NCBI GenBank assembly: GCA_964619725.1
Contig: CAZUFC010000001.1
Span: forward strand, 64,001-128,000
Direction: 5' to 3'
Length of the DNA: 64,000 nt
Source of the DNA: an uncultured bacterium
Lineage (GTDB): Bacteria; CSSED10-310; CAZUFC01
Shown: positions 1-9,431 of the stretch, one piece after another
How the letters are laid out: every line of letters begins with the position of its first letter
How positions within the stretch are numbered: the stretch's first letter is position 1
Made by a program: the position numbers and the translations under genes
The notes under the pieces: model-generated
What the model was told of the DNA's origin: nothing
Database searches by the model: none
Seen by the model: only the letters and a program-made list of their open reading frames with translations

Positions 1-1179
1 TACATCATAAGCGGCAAATTTATAGCGCCGTCCGTAGCGACGGGGGCTTTTTTGATGAGGACCGATTCCTGGGGCGAGGTGACGTGGTTTCGGGTTTATC
101 CGGGGATACGCCGGTTGAATTCGGTTGTGGAGACGATGAGCGGTGGCAAGCCTGACGGTTTTGGAGCAGCGGGATATACCTATTATGATGCCGGCGAAAG
201 GACCGGGGTCATTTTGCGAACGGACGCGGACGGATATGTGGAGTGGACCCGTTACTCCATGGGCATGAAGCATGGATTACCCGGAGCGGCGGATTACAAT
301 CAGATCGTGCGTTATGGCGAGGGCCTGCTGGCTGCTGCCGGATATGCGAATTACGATCCGGTTCACCATGATGCGGATGTGCTTTTAACGGTAATAAAAT
401 ATGACGGCAATCCGGTTCTTCACAGGACGTATGGAATGTATTTTTCTGATGCAGGGGATCTGCTTTGGGAACAGGGGACATCGCTGGTAGAACTGAATGA
501 CGGATCGGGCGATCTGGCGGTTGTCGGCAATTACGCAGCAGGGGACATTGAAGCGACCCGTGATCCATATTTTGAAAACATCTTCGCCTTCCGCGTCACG
601 CCGGAGGGGGATGTTGTATGGTCCAGGCGTTACGGACCTTTTGAAAGGGACTCCTTTGCGAACAGGGTAATCACCGACGGCGGCAAATACCTCTACATAA
701 CGGGAAGGACCTATACGGCCAGCCTGGGATATCCCACCGTCTCCAGTGCAGAGGTCCTTCTGCTGAAAATCGATATTGCGGGAAACAGCATGTATCATGA
801 TCTTTTGGGCGATTCTGGAGACGAAGAGGGAGTATCTGTGGTTCGTAACGACTCTGGTCATTTGACCATAGTCGGAAACACGACGAGTTTTCATCCCGTC
901 GACAGGCAGATATATCTTATGGAAAGATACGAGAATCCTTTGCGAAATTGCAGGGACTTACGAGAAAAGAACAGGGATCAGAAAATAGACCTACCTGCCG
1001 TAAAAGCGCTGATGAGAGGAATGGAGGAAAAATCTGCAACATTCGTCGTGAGAGCTGATAAATCAAAGGTCCGCGACAGAATTCTTTGCAGGAAAACTTT
1101 CATTGGCTCACTGCAGGAACAAGAAAAAGAGCTTCAATATCATTTCAAACTTTCCGACAATAACATTTCTGAGGAATAA
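1..1179 (+). CDS. Secreted beta-propeller-like protein, 5' end outside the window; paralogue of 1486..2973
   Basis: Frame is open from base 1 (YIISGKFIAPSVATGAFLMRTD...) and aligns by eye with YIICGKFIAESLVTGSFLMKTN of the next gene; repeated motifs such as W(S/T)RxYG and 'VLLLKID'. Confidence 0.75.
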   Translation, partial: YIISGKFIAPSVATGAFLMRTDSWGEVTWFRVYPGIRRLNSVVETMSGGKPDGFGAAGYTYYDAGERTGVILRTDADGYVEWTRYSMGMKHGLPGAADYNQIVRYGEGLLAAAGYANYDPVHHDADVLLTVIKYDGNPVLHRTYGMYFSDAGDLLWEQGTSLVELNDGSGDLAVVGNYAAGDIEATRDPYFENIFAFRVTPEGDVVWSRRYGPFERDSFANRVITDGGKYLYITGRTYTASLGYPTVSSAEVLLLKIDIAGNSMYHDLLGDSGDEEGVSVVRNDSGHLTIVGNTTSFHPVDRQIYLMERYENPLRNCRDLREKNRDQKIDLPAVKALMRGMEEKSATFVVRADKSKVRDRILCRKTFIGSLQEQEKELQYHFKLSDNNISEE

Positions 1180-1195
1180 AATGATCCGGAAGTTA

Positions 1196-1227
1196 CACGG
1201 CGATCGAGCTCATCATCGGTCGCCGTG
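1196..1227 (+). terminator. Hairpin downstream of the first propeller gene, possible terminator
   Basis: cacggcgatcga / tcggtcgccgtg inverted repeat 17 nt after the stop; weak U tract. Confidence 0.4.
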
Positions 1228-1485
1228 ACGTTCATTTTCGGTCCTCACGCTATTACTGCAGCCTGTTTGATTTCCTGTTTCATCGGAAGCAAAGCGAACG
1301 GACGAAAGAATCAGTCAGGCATACTTAGCGGATAATGTTTTTTATCTGGATATTGGAAGAGCTGATCATAAATTGACGAAGGGCCCGATGCAGGAGAGAT
1401 TTTCGGAAGCATCGGGCTTAAAAATAGAGAATATCGCCGGAGAGTTTTTTCCCGGCGCTAAGTTCCCGGAAAAAAGGAGAAAAAA

Positions 1486-2973
1486 ATGAAACGGTTAAAT
1501 TTTTCAATAAAGATGACAGCAGCGGTCTTGTTTTTTATGACGGCGTTCATATCGGCGAGTGAAGCGCAATTCATTTACAATCATCAGAGGGTTTACGATC
1601 CTCTGGCCAACTCAAACGTAACGGCAATGGCTAAAACGACGGACGGAGGATACGTGATCGTCGGGACTTATCTTCCGGCCTGGAGCGGGGTAGGCCGTGC
1701 AATAATGATGAAACTTGACGGGGGATTCTCAACGGCATGGAGCAGGACTTTCGACGTACCAGGGGCGCCTTATCCTGCGATGATCTCTCCCCGAGACGTT
1801 TACCAGACGCTGGACCGCGGGTATATAATTTGCGGTAAATTCATTGCAGAGTCGCTTGTAACGGGTTCTTTTCTGATGAAAACGAACTATGTAGGCGACG
1901 TGCAATGGTTTCAGGTTTACCCGGAAATACAGCAGTTGAACTCAGTCGTTCAAACCACAATGTCGGGACAGGCTGACGGTTATGCCGCGGGCGGATTCAC
2001 GCGATACGACAATAATGAAACGGTGGGCGTGATTTTAAGAACGGACGTTAACGGCGGCGTCACGTGGAAACGATATGCGAGGGGATTGAAGTATTCGGTT
2101 CCCGGAGCTGCGGCCTACAATCAGATCATCCGGTATGACGAGGAGTATCTGGCGCTGACGGGATATGCGAATTACGACCTGGCGTATCAGGATATGGACG
2201 TTCTTTTAACGGTGATCAGTCATGACGGCGTGCCGGTTCTTCATCAGACCTACGGAATGTATCTTTCCGATAAAAACAACGGAATACGGGAAAAAGGCGT
2301 ATCGCTTGTCCGGCTTGAAGACGGAACAAAGGACCTGGTGATAACAGGCAATTATACTTCTGCAGTGATAGGAGTCTGTACGGACCCCAACTTTGAAAAC
2401 ATATTCGCCTTCAGAGTAAACAGCGGCGGTCAGGTGTTATGGGCCAGGCATTACGGGCCGCGACACACAAAGATGTTCGCGAATAGAATCGAACTCGGAC
2501 GCAAAGACGACCTCTACATAACCGGATGGACCCGTTCCAACAGCCTGGGCGCTCCTTCCAACATATCGTCGGAAGTATTGCTGTTGAAAATCAATGATTC
2601 AGGAACCGGCATATATCGTGAGATGTTCGGCGACGACGGTCAGGAAGGCGGAGTTTCGCTTGTTCGGAACAACCATGGTCATATGGTCATAGCGGGGAAT
2701 ACGACGAGTTTCAACTCGGCGAACAATGAAATTTACCTGATTGAAAGGTATGATCACCGTTGGAGAACATGTAAGGATTCACGCGAAAAACAAAGGACCG
2801 TCAAAATTCTAATGCCTGCTTTGGAAGCTGACCTCATCGAGGTCGGCGAGGAAGCGATACCTTATGAAGTTGAATCGATCGTGATCAGAATCGATGAAAG
2901 GGTCCTCTGTGAAAAACGTAAACTTCCCTGGTATTTCCAGCAGATATCCATAGCAGACCCATTCAAACCTTAA
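1486..2973 (+). CDS. Secreted beta-propeller-like protein with signal peptide
   Basis: aggag RBS; signal peptide ending ASEA; 'KTTDGGYVIVG' and 'QTLDRGYIICG' propeller-blade repeats. Confidence 0.75.
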   Translation: MKRLNFSIKMTAAVLFFMTAFISASEAQFIYNHQRVYDPLANSNVTAMAKTTDGGYVIVGTYLPAWSGVGRAIMMKLDGGFSTAWSRTFDVPGAPYPAMISPRDVYQTLDRGYIICGKFIAESLVTGSFLMKTNYVGDVQWFQVYPEIQQLNSVVQTTMSGQADGYAAGGFTRYDNNETVGVILRTDVNGGVTWKRYARGLKYSVPGAAAYNQIIRYDEEYLALTGYANYDLAYQDMDVLLTVISHDGVPVLHQTYGMYLSDKNNGIREKGVSLVRLEDGTKDLVITGNYTSAVIGVCTDPNFENIFAFRVNSGGQVLWARHYGPRHTKMFANRIELGRKDDLYITGWTRSNSLGAPSNISSEVLLLKINDSGTGIYREMFGDDGQEGGVSLVRNNHGHMVIAGNTTSFNSANNEIYLIERYDHRWRTCKDSREKQRTVKILMPALEADLIEVGEEAIPYEVESIVIRIDERVLCEKRKLPWYFQQISIADPFKP

Positions 2974-2992
2974 AAAAAAATCAAACCGGCAG

Positions 2993-3042
2993 TTTCCTGG
3001 TCTTCGGCAGCATTCTCAACTCTTCTGCCGGAGACCAGGAAA
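2993..3042 (+). terminator. Long hairpin after the propeller pair
   Basis: tttcctggtcttcggcag / ctgccggagaccaggaaa 18-bp inverted repeat starting 20 nt after the stop. Confidence 0.55.
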
Positions 3043-3274
3043 GCGAAAGAGAGGGGCATGAAAATTTTGCCTCCCATTCGTTCAGACCCTGAAATACCTA
3101 TGCATGACAGGGGCTGACAAAAGGATTACAGGACGCCGTGACCTTTCCGGGCATACATCTTTTCACTTTTATTCTTGAAGCTTCGCGGACAGACCAGGCG
3201 GAAGCCCGGAGTCATCGGACCGCTATGACCTGCACAATGACGCAATCTGATCGCAGGAGAGCTCTGATCCTCAT

Positions 3275-3412
3275 TAGTTTTTATCCATAAACGGCGAATT
3301 TTTCCCAATATTGCGTCAGTCTTCGGATTTGCTCAGGCAACGTATAAGCAACACCCCTGCCTCGCAAATCCTTACCATCCTTGTCTTAATAAAAATTCGC
3401 TCGTTTATGGAT
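3275..3412. repeat. Inverted-repeat-bounded non-coding element (family A); partial homologue at 38864..38942
   Basis: atccataaacggcgaattttt (3283-3303) pairs with aaaaattcgctcgtttatggat (3391-3412) with a 1-nt bulge; core 3326-3354 matches 38914-38942 at 26/29. Confidence 0.65.
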
Positions 3413-3561
3413 CAAAAACCGCAGTGACTGTCCAGCATTAAATTTTGAATCGACAATCGAGTTTATGGACAGTCACTCATTAGTTTTTGTCCAAAAACCG
3501 CAGTGACTGTCCGGCATTAAATTTTGAATCGACAATCGAGTTTGTGGACAGTCACTCATTA
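3413..3561. repeat. Two tandem ~70-bp palindromic units, period 79 bp (REP/BIME-like)
   Basis: 3413-3482 and 3492-3561 are near-identical; each has agtgactgtcc...ggacagtcact 11-bp arms. Confidence 0.85.
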
Positions 3562-3714
3562 TAATTCTTTAATCCAAGCTTCTATAATTTTTTGCATTTT
3601 GAACGGAATGTTGATAAGAAAGAAAAGGAGCCGCCGACTGGGTTAGGCTTGAAGTTGACGCAGTAAGGATATATTTTTCTTGATTGAAATCTGACAAAAA
3701 ATGAAGAGGTCATT

Positions 3715-6700
3715 ATGACGATTAAAAAGCTGAAAAAGCACTTTTTATGCCTGATAATCTGCCTGACGGCGATATCCCTGAACATCATGGCGGGACATGT
3801 TTCAGCGGGGGATGAGCGAGATGCCCGATGGACGATGATCATGATGCTGGCGGGCGAATATGCGGACATGGAGGAGACGCTGGAGCTGGAGGGAGCAGGA
3901 GATGATGTGGATGTAGTCGTTCTGCACGATCCTTATGGAGTGGGGAACTCGCACGCATACTATCTTCCTGTGGGTCCCGGTCCGGCGGTGGACATTCCTC
4001 TGGATGAAATTTTTTATCCTGATCCCGGCGATGAGATCAGCATCAGAAACAAATGGGTCGTAGATGACTTTTTAAATTACGTTCAGACTAATTTCCCGTC
4101 TCAGCATTATCTTTTGTCCATCAGAAGCGGGATGGATTTTTATTCTTTCCTGGAAGACATCGATTATCCGGCGAATGATTTCAATATGTATGAGGAGCCG
4201 GCATGCGGTGAAAAGGATGATCGTTATACGGGGATAACCATCGTGGATTTCGCCTGGGTGATGGACCGATTCGTTCAGAGGAACGGAGGCGAAAAACTGG
4301 ACGTTTTGAATCTGGGATTATGTCTCAGTTCAGTAGCAGACTGGGTTTACGAAATGGTCGATTATGCGGATTATTTTTCCGGTTCCGAAACGTATACGAA
4401 TCCTCCGGTGGCCGCATACTGGCGGAATTATCGCTGGCTTTATGAAATGAAGAATAATCCGGCAATCACGCCCGAAGAGCTGGTTATAAGGATAGCGGAA
4501 ATATTTGCGAGTCATGCGTATTACGGTTATAAAACGGATGAACCTTTTCAAGTTTCCTCAATAGACCTGTCGCTGATGCCGGATGTAGCTACGAAGTTCA
4601 GTCTGGTCATTGACCGGCTGCTGGAATTGTTTCCTTCACAGGCCGACGAATTTGTGGAAGCCGTATCCATATCTGAACGCTTCGGTCAATACCGGCGTTG
4701 CGATATGACTCACCTGCTGGAGAATACTCTTCGTTATATTTCCGATACTCAACTGGAAATGAAAATAAACGATGCCGTAAATTCAATCGATGCCGCGGTA
4801 ATAGCCAACGAATACGAACATTTTCGGAATTGCTGCGGCTTAATGGTACCCCTATTGACTTTTTCCGACTGGCACGGAAGCGCCGGAGACCTTTATCTGG
4901 AACGTTGCGGAAGCTTTGCGGAAGAAGTGGGCATGGAAAACCTCATGGATGCTCTGCCGCCGCCCGAACCGCCCGTGGAAGGACTGATAATCACTGAGGT
5001 AGACCCTCATCCCAACGATGAAGCGGGAACGGAAGGCGACGTTATGGAAATTTACAATTACGAGGATGAATCAGTGGACCTGAGAGGGCTCATCATTGAC
5101 GATCTTGACGGACCGAGGCGTTATTCTTTCATCGACGAACACGACGTCAATCATAACCAGGCGATATTGGCTCCCGGCGAATTCGCAGTCGTCAGATTCA
5201 GACGAACCGAAGCCAATCCCTACGTCGCTCCTGCTGATGCGGAAGTTACAGTTACCGGGTACGGGCTGGAAATTACTTCCTATACCGTTCATGAATACAG
5301 GGAATTTTCAGATCACGACGACCAGGCGGTCCTCATCGACGGCGACGTCATCCTGGACGCTGTAGCCTGGTGCAACAGGGACGGCGAGTCCAACGGCATC
5401 GAAGCCGTCAATCTTGAGCGCCTGGTCGAATACGACGGATGGGACGCTCCTGAAGACGTGGCCGAGCATTACTTCAGAGAAAACTATGCTGAAGGCAATC
5501 AATACGAAAAAAATACCGTTAACTTCAGCTTCATCGCCGGGGGAGAATCCGGCTCACTCCAAAGAAAATACGACGGCTCATTCTTCAGTCAGGGCCTTCA
5601 GGGCATCGATTCGCCCGATCATTTCACCGTTCTGAACGATACTACTTTCGGCGATTTCACTCCCGTCGATGCCGAATTCCAACCCCAGGCCTGCCCCCAC
5701 CTGATGATTACAGAGCTCGCCCCCAACATCTCCATTACGGAAAACGCCGGCGATCTGATAGAAATCTATAACGCCGGACTCCAGCAGGCGGATATCTATT
5801 ACGTTATTCTCAGCGATATAGACCCGGGCGAAAATGAAGAAGACCTGCCCGGTTCCGAAATAGAAATCGTCGGAGACGACATAGGACCCGGCATCGTCAT
5901 GCTGAATCCAGGCGAAATGATCGTCGTCGAACTTATCTCTGACTCCGTTCAAACTCAACCCGATCCCGTCGTCACTGACTACGGCTTCTACGTGAAAACG
6001 CCGGCCGGACAGCAGTTCGACGCCAGAGGAGACCAAACCGTCCTCGTCAACCGCAACGGAGGCGATCTCATCGATTCATTCGCCTATATCAATACCGATC
6101 TCGCAGAATTCGACAACGATGCCGCCAAAAGAGACTACCTCTTCGATTTCGACGCCCTGACACTAAGCGAAGGAGGATTCGGTTTCGTCCTGGATAATAC
6201 CGACGCCTGGGCCGGCGACGATGATATGTCCGGCATGCCGCTCACCGATGCCTTCGATTACAGAATCAACCAGGCCGTCACCTTCCCCTTCGCAGAAAAT
6301 GAAGGCGGCTCCATCCAGAGAAACATCTCTGGATACCAGTTCCAGGAAGGTCTTCCCGACTCTAAAAATATCTTCTTTACCTCAAACGTTACTTCATTCG
6401 GCGTCCTTCCCTCATGGACCCAAACTCCATCTCCTACCGGCACGCTCCCTACCTATACCCCCACAAGAACACCGACGCCTACCTTCTCCTTCTCCGCCAC
6501 TCCTACAAATACTCCGACTTTTACACCTACCATGGAACATTCCTTCACGCCGCCTCCTTCGCCCACTCAACCCCATACAGGTATCGAATGCGCCATTCTC
6601 ACTAATCAGGAAATCTATGAAGCCGACGACCTCTTCCTCCTCGATGCCGAATACTTCAACCACCACAACTATTCCGTTACCGCCGCCGAAATGATCGTCC

Positions 6701-6924
6701 TCGACGTCTACCAGGAATACTGGTTCTGGCCCGACTGGACCCAAAACTTCAATTTCCGCTCCGTTAATATGCCCCCCAATCATTACGAAACTGAAAATAT
6801 ACTCAGCTTCGTCTGGCCTCCCAATGCCGGACAGGCCGACGACCTGAAATTCTGGATCGCCTTCATGGATACAGACTTCATTGAACTGCACTGCTTCCAC
6901 AATACAGCCTTCGGTTTCCGTTGA
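3715..6924 (+). CDS. Secreted clostripain (C11)-like domain, two lamin-tail-like domains, Pro/Thr linker and C-terminal beta domain
   Basis: Signal peptide; 'WTMIMMLAGE', 'FPSQHYLLSI', 'KLDVLNLGLCLSS...YEMVDYADYFSGSE' resemble C11 motifs; 'GLIITEV' and 'HLMITEL' resemble LTD starts; TPT-rich tract. Confidence 0.65.
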   Translation: MTIKKLKKHFLCLIICLTAISLNIMAGHVSAGDERDARWTMIMMLAGEYADMEETLELEGAGDDVDVVVLHDPYGVGNSHAYYLPVGPGPAVDIPLDEIFYPDPGDEISIRNKWVVDDFLNYVQTNFPSQHYLLSIRSGMDFYSFLEDIDYPANDFNMYEEPACGEKDDRYTGITIVDFAWVMDRFVQRNGGEKLDVLNLGLCLSSVADWVYEMVDYADYFSGSETYTNPPVAAYWRNYRWLYEMKNNPAITPEELVIRIAEIFASHAYYGYKTDEPFQVSSIDLSLMPDVATKFSLVIDRLLELFPSQADEFVEAVSISERFGQYRRCDMTHLLENTLRYISDTQLEMKINDAVNSIDAAVIANEYEHFRNCCGLMVPLLTFSDWHGSAGDLYLERCGSFAEEVGMENLMDALPPPEPPVEGLIITEVDPHPNDEAGTEGDVMEIYNYEDESVDLRGLIIDDLDGPRRYSFIDEHDVNHNQAILAPGEFAVVRFRRTEANPYVAPADAEVTVTGYGLEITSYTVHEYREFSDHDDQAVLIDGDVILDAVAWCNRDGESNGIEAVNLERLVEYDGWDAPEDVAEHYFRENYAEGNQYEKNTVNFSFIAGGESGSLQRKYDGSFFSQGLQGIDSPDHFTVLNDTTFGDFTPVDAEFQPQACPHLMITELAPNISITENAGDLIEIYNAGLQQADIYYVILSDIDPGENEEDLPGSEIEIVGDDIGPGIVMLNPGEMIVVELISDSVQTQPDPVVTDYGFYVKTPAGQQFDARGDQTVLVNRNGGDLIDSFAYINTDLAEFDNDAAKRDYLFDFDALTLSEGGFGFVLDNTDAWAGDDDMSGMPLTDAFDYRINQAVTFPFAENEGGSIQRNISGYQFQEGLPDSKNIFFTSNVTSFGVLPSWTQTPSPTGTLPTYTPTRTPTPTFSFSATPTNTPTFTPTMEHSFTPPPSPTQPHTGIECAILTNQEIYEADDLFLLDAEYFNHHNYSVTAAEMIVLDVYQEYWFWPDWTQNFNFRSVNMPPNHYETENILSFVWPPNAGQADDLKFWIAFMDTDFIELHCFHNTAFGFR

Positions 6925-7246
6925 TCACGATTTCCTCTAAACTTAATTCCGCAGCCGCACATAACGCGCACGCCCCTGTAAAATTTCCCTGCAATATTTT
7001 TTTATTTTTTACCCTTTAAAACCGATTAAAAAAAATTATGAGTTTTCATCGGGCGGGAATCATTTTTTTTCGGAAAATTGCGGTTATGGAAACATAACAA
7101 AGTCAATTCGTTAGCGCCGGGTGAGGAAAATTTCCCAGTATTGCCATTATGCCTGAATGGCTGTAACGCACTATATTCAAACCCCTTCCGATTCCCCCTT
7201 TCTTGCAAAATTTTTCTGAATTTTTTACTCCCTGTCGCTTTTTTAC

Positions 7247-7274
7247 TTGACATAGGTGAGAATATCCTTAAAAT
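7247..7274 (+). promoter_or_regulatory. Putative sigma70-type promoter
   Basis: TTGACA-N16-TAAAAT about 115 nt upstream of 7388. Confidence 0.45.
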
Positions 7275-7387
7275 GACTATGAGATAAAGCTTTTAGAGTT
7301 TTGAGGCGATTTTGAGAAGCGGATCGCATATAAATTAGCGTTCGAAAAGGCTTTAAAAATTTCAGTTAAAAGATGTAACGCGGGAGC

Positions 7388-8677
7388 GTGATGAGAAGCG
7401 AGGGAATCAGACATTGGTGGGAAGAGTTCCGCAGGGGCAGGGTGGAGGCGCGTCGAAAATTGCGTGACGAATTGGGTCGTCGTTTGTATATGATTGTGAG
7501 TCGCTGGAGTGTGGACAGCATAGCTTTATCGACGGTGGAAGAGACGTTGAGCATGATAAATGAGCGTTTGCCTGATTATTTGAGTTTGGAGCAGATGGTA
7601 GACGATGCTTATGCGACGGCGGAGGCGAGTTTTGGGCGTCATGCGGAGCGAAGGATGCGGAGCAGCGTGGAGTCGGGGCGCGAGGGGAGCGGCGTCGGCG
7701 CAGGATTCAGTTTTGAGGATCATCGTCGAGAGACTGCGGATACTGAGATTGCTGAGGATATATTTCGCAGGGGTATGAAGTCGGCGGACCCTTGGACGAG
7801 GCGACTGGCTATGCTGGTATATTCCGGAAGATCGCCGGATGAAGTTCGCCGGATGATGATACTGGGCGAGGACGAGGAAGAGAGTATATTTGCGGGTTTA
7901 GAAAGGATCCGTAGCGCGTTTTTGAGGAATATGGGTGAGGAATCGTGTTTGCGTGAATGCATTGATGCGGAGCAGGGATACATGGTGGGATATTATGAAG
8001 CGGGATTGGCGAGCAAGCGTCTTAGGAGCGAGATAGAGCGTCATTTATTGTTATGTGATTCCTGTTTTCACAGTTTCAGGATACTGGGACCCATCATGTC
8101 GTTCATCCGTGGAGCGGACCGGGAATGGCTTTTCGGCGGATTTAATTTAGCGAAGCCAGTGTATGCGAGGCCTGCGCGCAAGCAGAGGAAGTATAAGAGA
8201 ATGAGCAGGCGTCGGATCATGAAGGAGTTTTTCGGAAAGTTCCAGGTCAAGGCGGCGCTGTTATTAAGCGGGAGCATCTGCATTTTAATCGGCGTCATTT
8301 GGATTTTTAATAAAGTAACGCCCACGGGATTGTCATATCGTGAACCTGTAAATCAATCGAGGGTGCAAACCGAAAAGCAGGCGGACAAGTCCATTCTGCT
8401 GATCAGTCCTCTGGGCAAAATAGAAGATTCAGCGTTGAAATTCGATTGGAAGATGTTGACTGAGACAGAAGAGGGGGAATTGATATACTCGGTTCAACTG
8501 GCTGATGCCGGGATGAATTTCATGTGGAAAAAATCTGTGGACGGTTCAAGCATTACCTTGCCTTCAGAAAATTTAAAATTAAAAAGGAAAACTAGGTATT
8601 TTTGGAAGGTTACGGCCCAAAACGAACAAGGTCAATGTTTTGAATCGGAAATGGGCGCATTTGAGATATTAAAATAA
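7388..8677 (+). CDS. Probable ECF sigma-like / zinc anti-sigma (zf-HC2) / TM / Ig-FN3-like fusion protein
   Basis: HxxxCxxC ('ERHLLLCDSC'); TM 'AALLLSGSICILIGVIWIF'; C-terminal 'LISP...FDW...YSVQL...YFWKVTA'; N-terminal region with sigma region 4-like 'LAMLVYSGRSPDEVRRMM'. Confidence 0.55.
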   Translation: MMRSEGIRHWWEEFRRGRVEARRKLRDELGRRLYMIVSRWSVDSIALSTVEETLSMINERLPDYLSLEQMVDDAYATAEASFGRHAERRMRSSVESGREGSGVGAGFSFEDHRRETADTEIAEDIFRRGMKSADPWTRRLAMLVYSGRSPDEVRRMMILGEDEEESIFAGLERIRSAFLRNMGEESCLRECIDAEQGYMVGYYEAGLASKRLRSEIERHLLLCDSCFHSFRILGPIMSFIRGADREWLFGGFNLAKPVYARPARKQRKYKRMSRRRIMKEFFGKFQVKAALLLSGSICILIGVIWIFNKVTPTGLSYREPVNQSRVQTEKQADKSILLISPLGKIEDSALKFDWKMLTETEEGELIYSVQLADAGMNFMWKKSVDGSSITLPSENLKLKRKTRYFWKVTAQNEQGQCFESEMGAFEILK

Positions 8678-8922
8678 TGAAGACGAGCGACAAGAAGAAG
8701 CCGGTGGTGTGCATGATATGCGGTAAAGTGACGAACCCGCCGGCAAGCATATGTCCTTCCTGTTCCGAGAAGCTGAAGTCAGAGGCCCGTTCCCGGTCCA
8801 AGACATTCAGCAAGCAGGCTGAGGATCAGTTAAAACGATACGGGGCCAAAGGCCGGCACAAAAAATCCGTGAGAAAAAAAACGCCTCTGGAGCAAAAAAA
8901 AGAGGATAAAAAGAGGGAATAG
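8677..8922 (+). CDS. Small basic Zn-ribbon protein
   Basis: CMIC...CPSC; start overlaps the upstream stop (taatg), suggesting translational coupling. Confidence 0.6.
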   Translation: MKTSDKKKPVVCMICGKVTNPPASICPSCSEKLKSEARSRSKTFSKQAEDQLKRYGAKGRHKKSVRKKTPLEQKKEDKKRE

Positions 8923-8927
8923 CCGGA

Positions 8928-9236
8928 TCAGGTTTTGAGTTTCTCGGAGAGTTTACTGAGTTGCGGCTTCAGTTTTTGATAAAGATGTTTCATCAGCATT
9001 TCGCGGGCGAAAACCAGGCGGTTGTTTTCGTATTTAGCTCCACTCATCCGGCGGTCCCAATCTTCTTGCAATGTCTTGAGTTTTTCCTGAAGTTCAGGCG
9101 GAGAGTTCTCGATCAATTTTTCTATCTCTTTTTTTCTTTCCAGCTCGAACAGAAGCCGGTTATTTTTGAGCAGGCGGGAAAATCTTTTATGTTTTTCAAG
9201 AGCTTTTTTTTCGATTTTATCATCGTTCGAGTTCAT
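8928..9236 (-). CDS. Small helical protein, DUF3135-like
   Basis: 'FELERKKEIEKLIENSPPELQEKLKTLQ' resembles DUF3135; ATG at 9236 chosen (ORF is open to 9272). Confidence 0.5.
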   Translation of the reverse strand: MNSNDDKIEKKALEKHKRFSRLLKNNRLLFELERKKEIEKLIENSPPELQEKLKTLQEDWDRRMSGAKYENNRLVFAREMLMKHLYQKLKPQLSKLSEKLKT

Positions 9237-9431
9237 TTTACCGTTTCGGGATAAGGGTCCGACGCCGGTCATTGCCCAAAAGCGTCGGGATCAAAGACCG
9301 TTCTGTTTTCTTTATGCCTTAATTTCACATCAAAAAGCAAATGGGGCTGAATTCGGCATTAATCAGCGGCTTTCCGCGAAGTAATTTTCAACTCGTAACG
9401 CAGCGTGCCGGGACGGACAGGCGCTGTTTCA

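Noticed and set aside
3413-3561. CRISPR array
   Set aside because: Only two ~70-bp units separated by 9 nt, no variable spacers and no cas genes.
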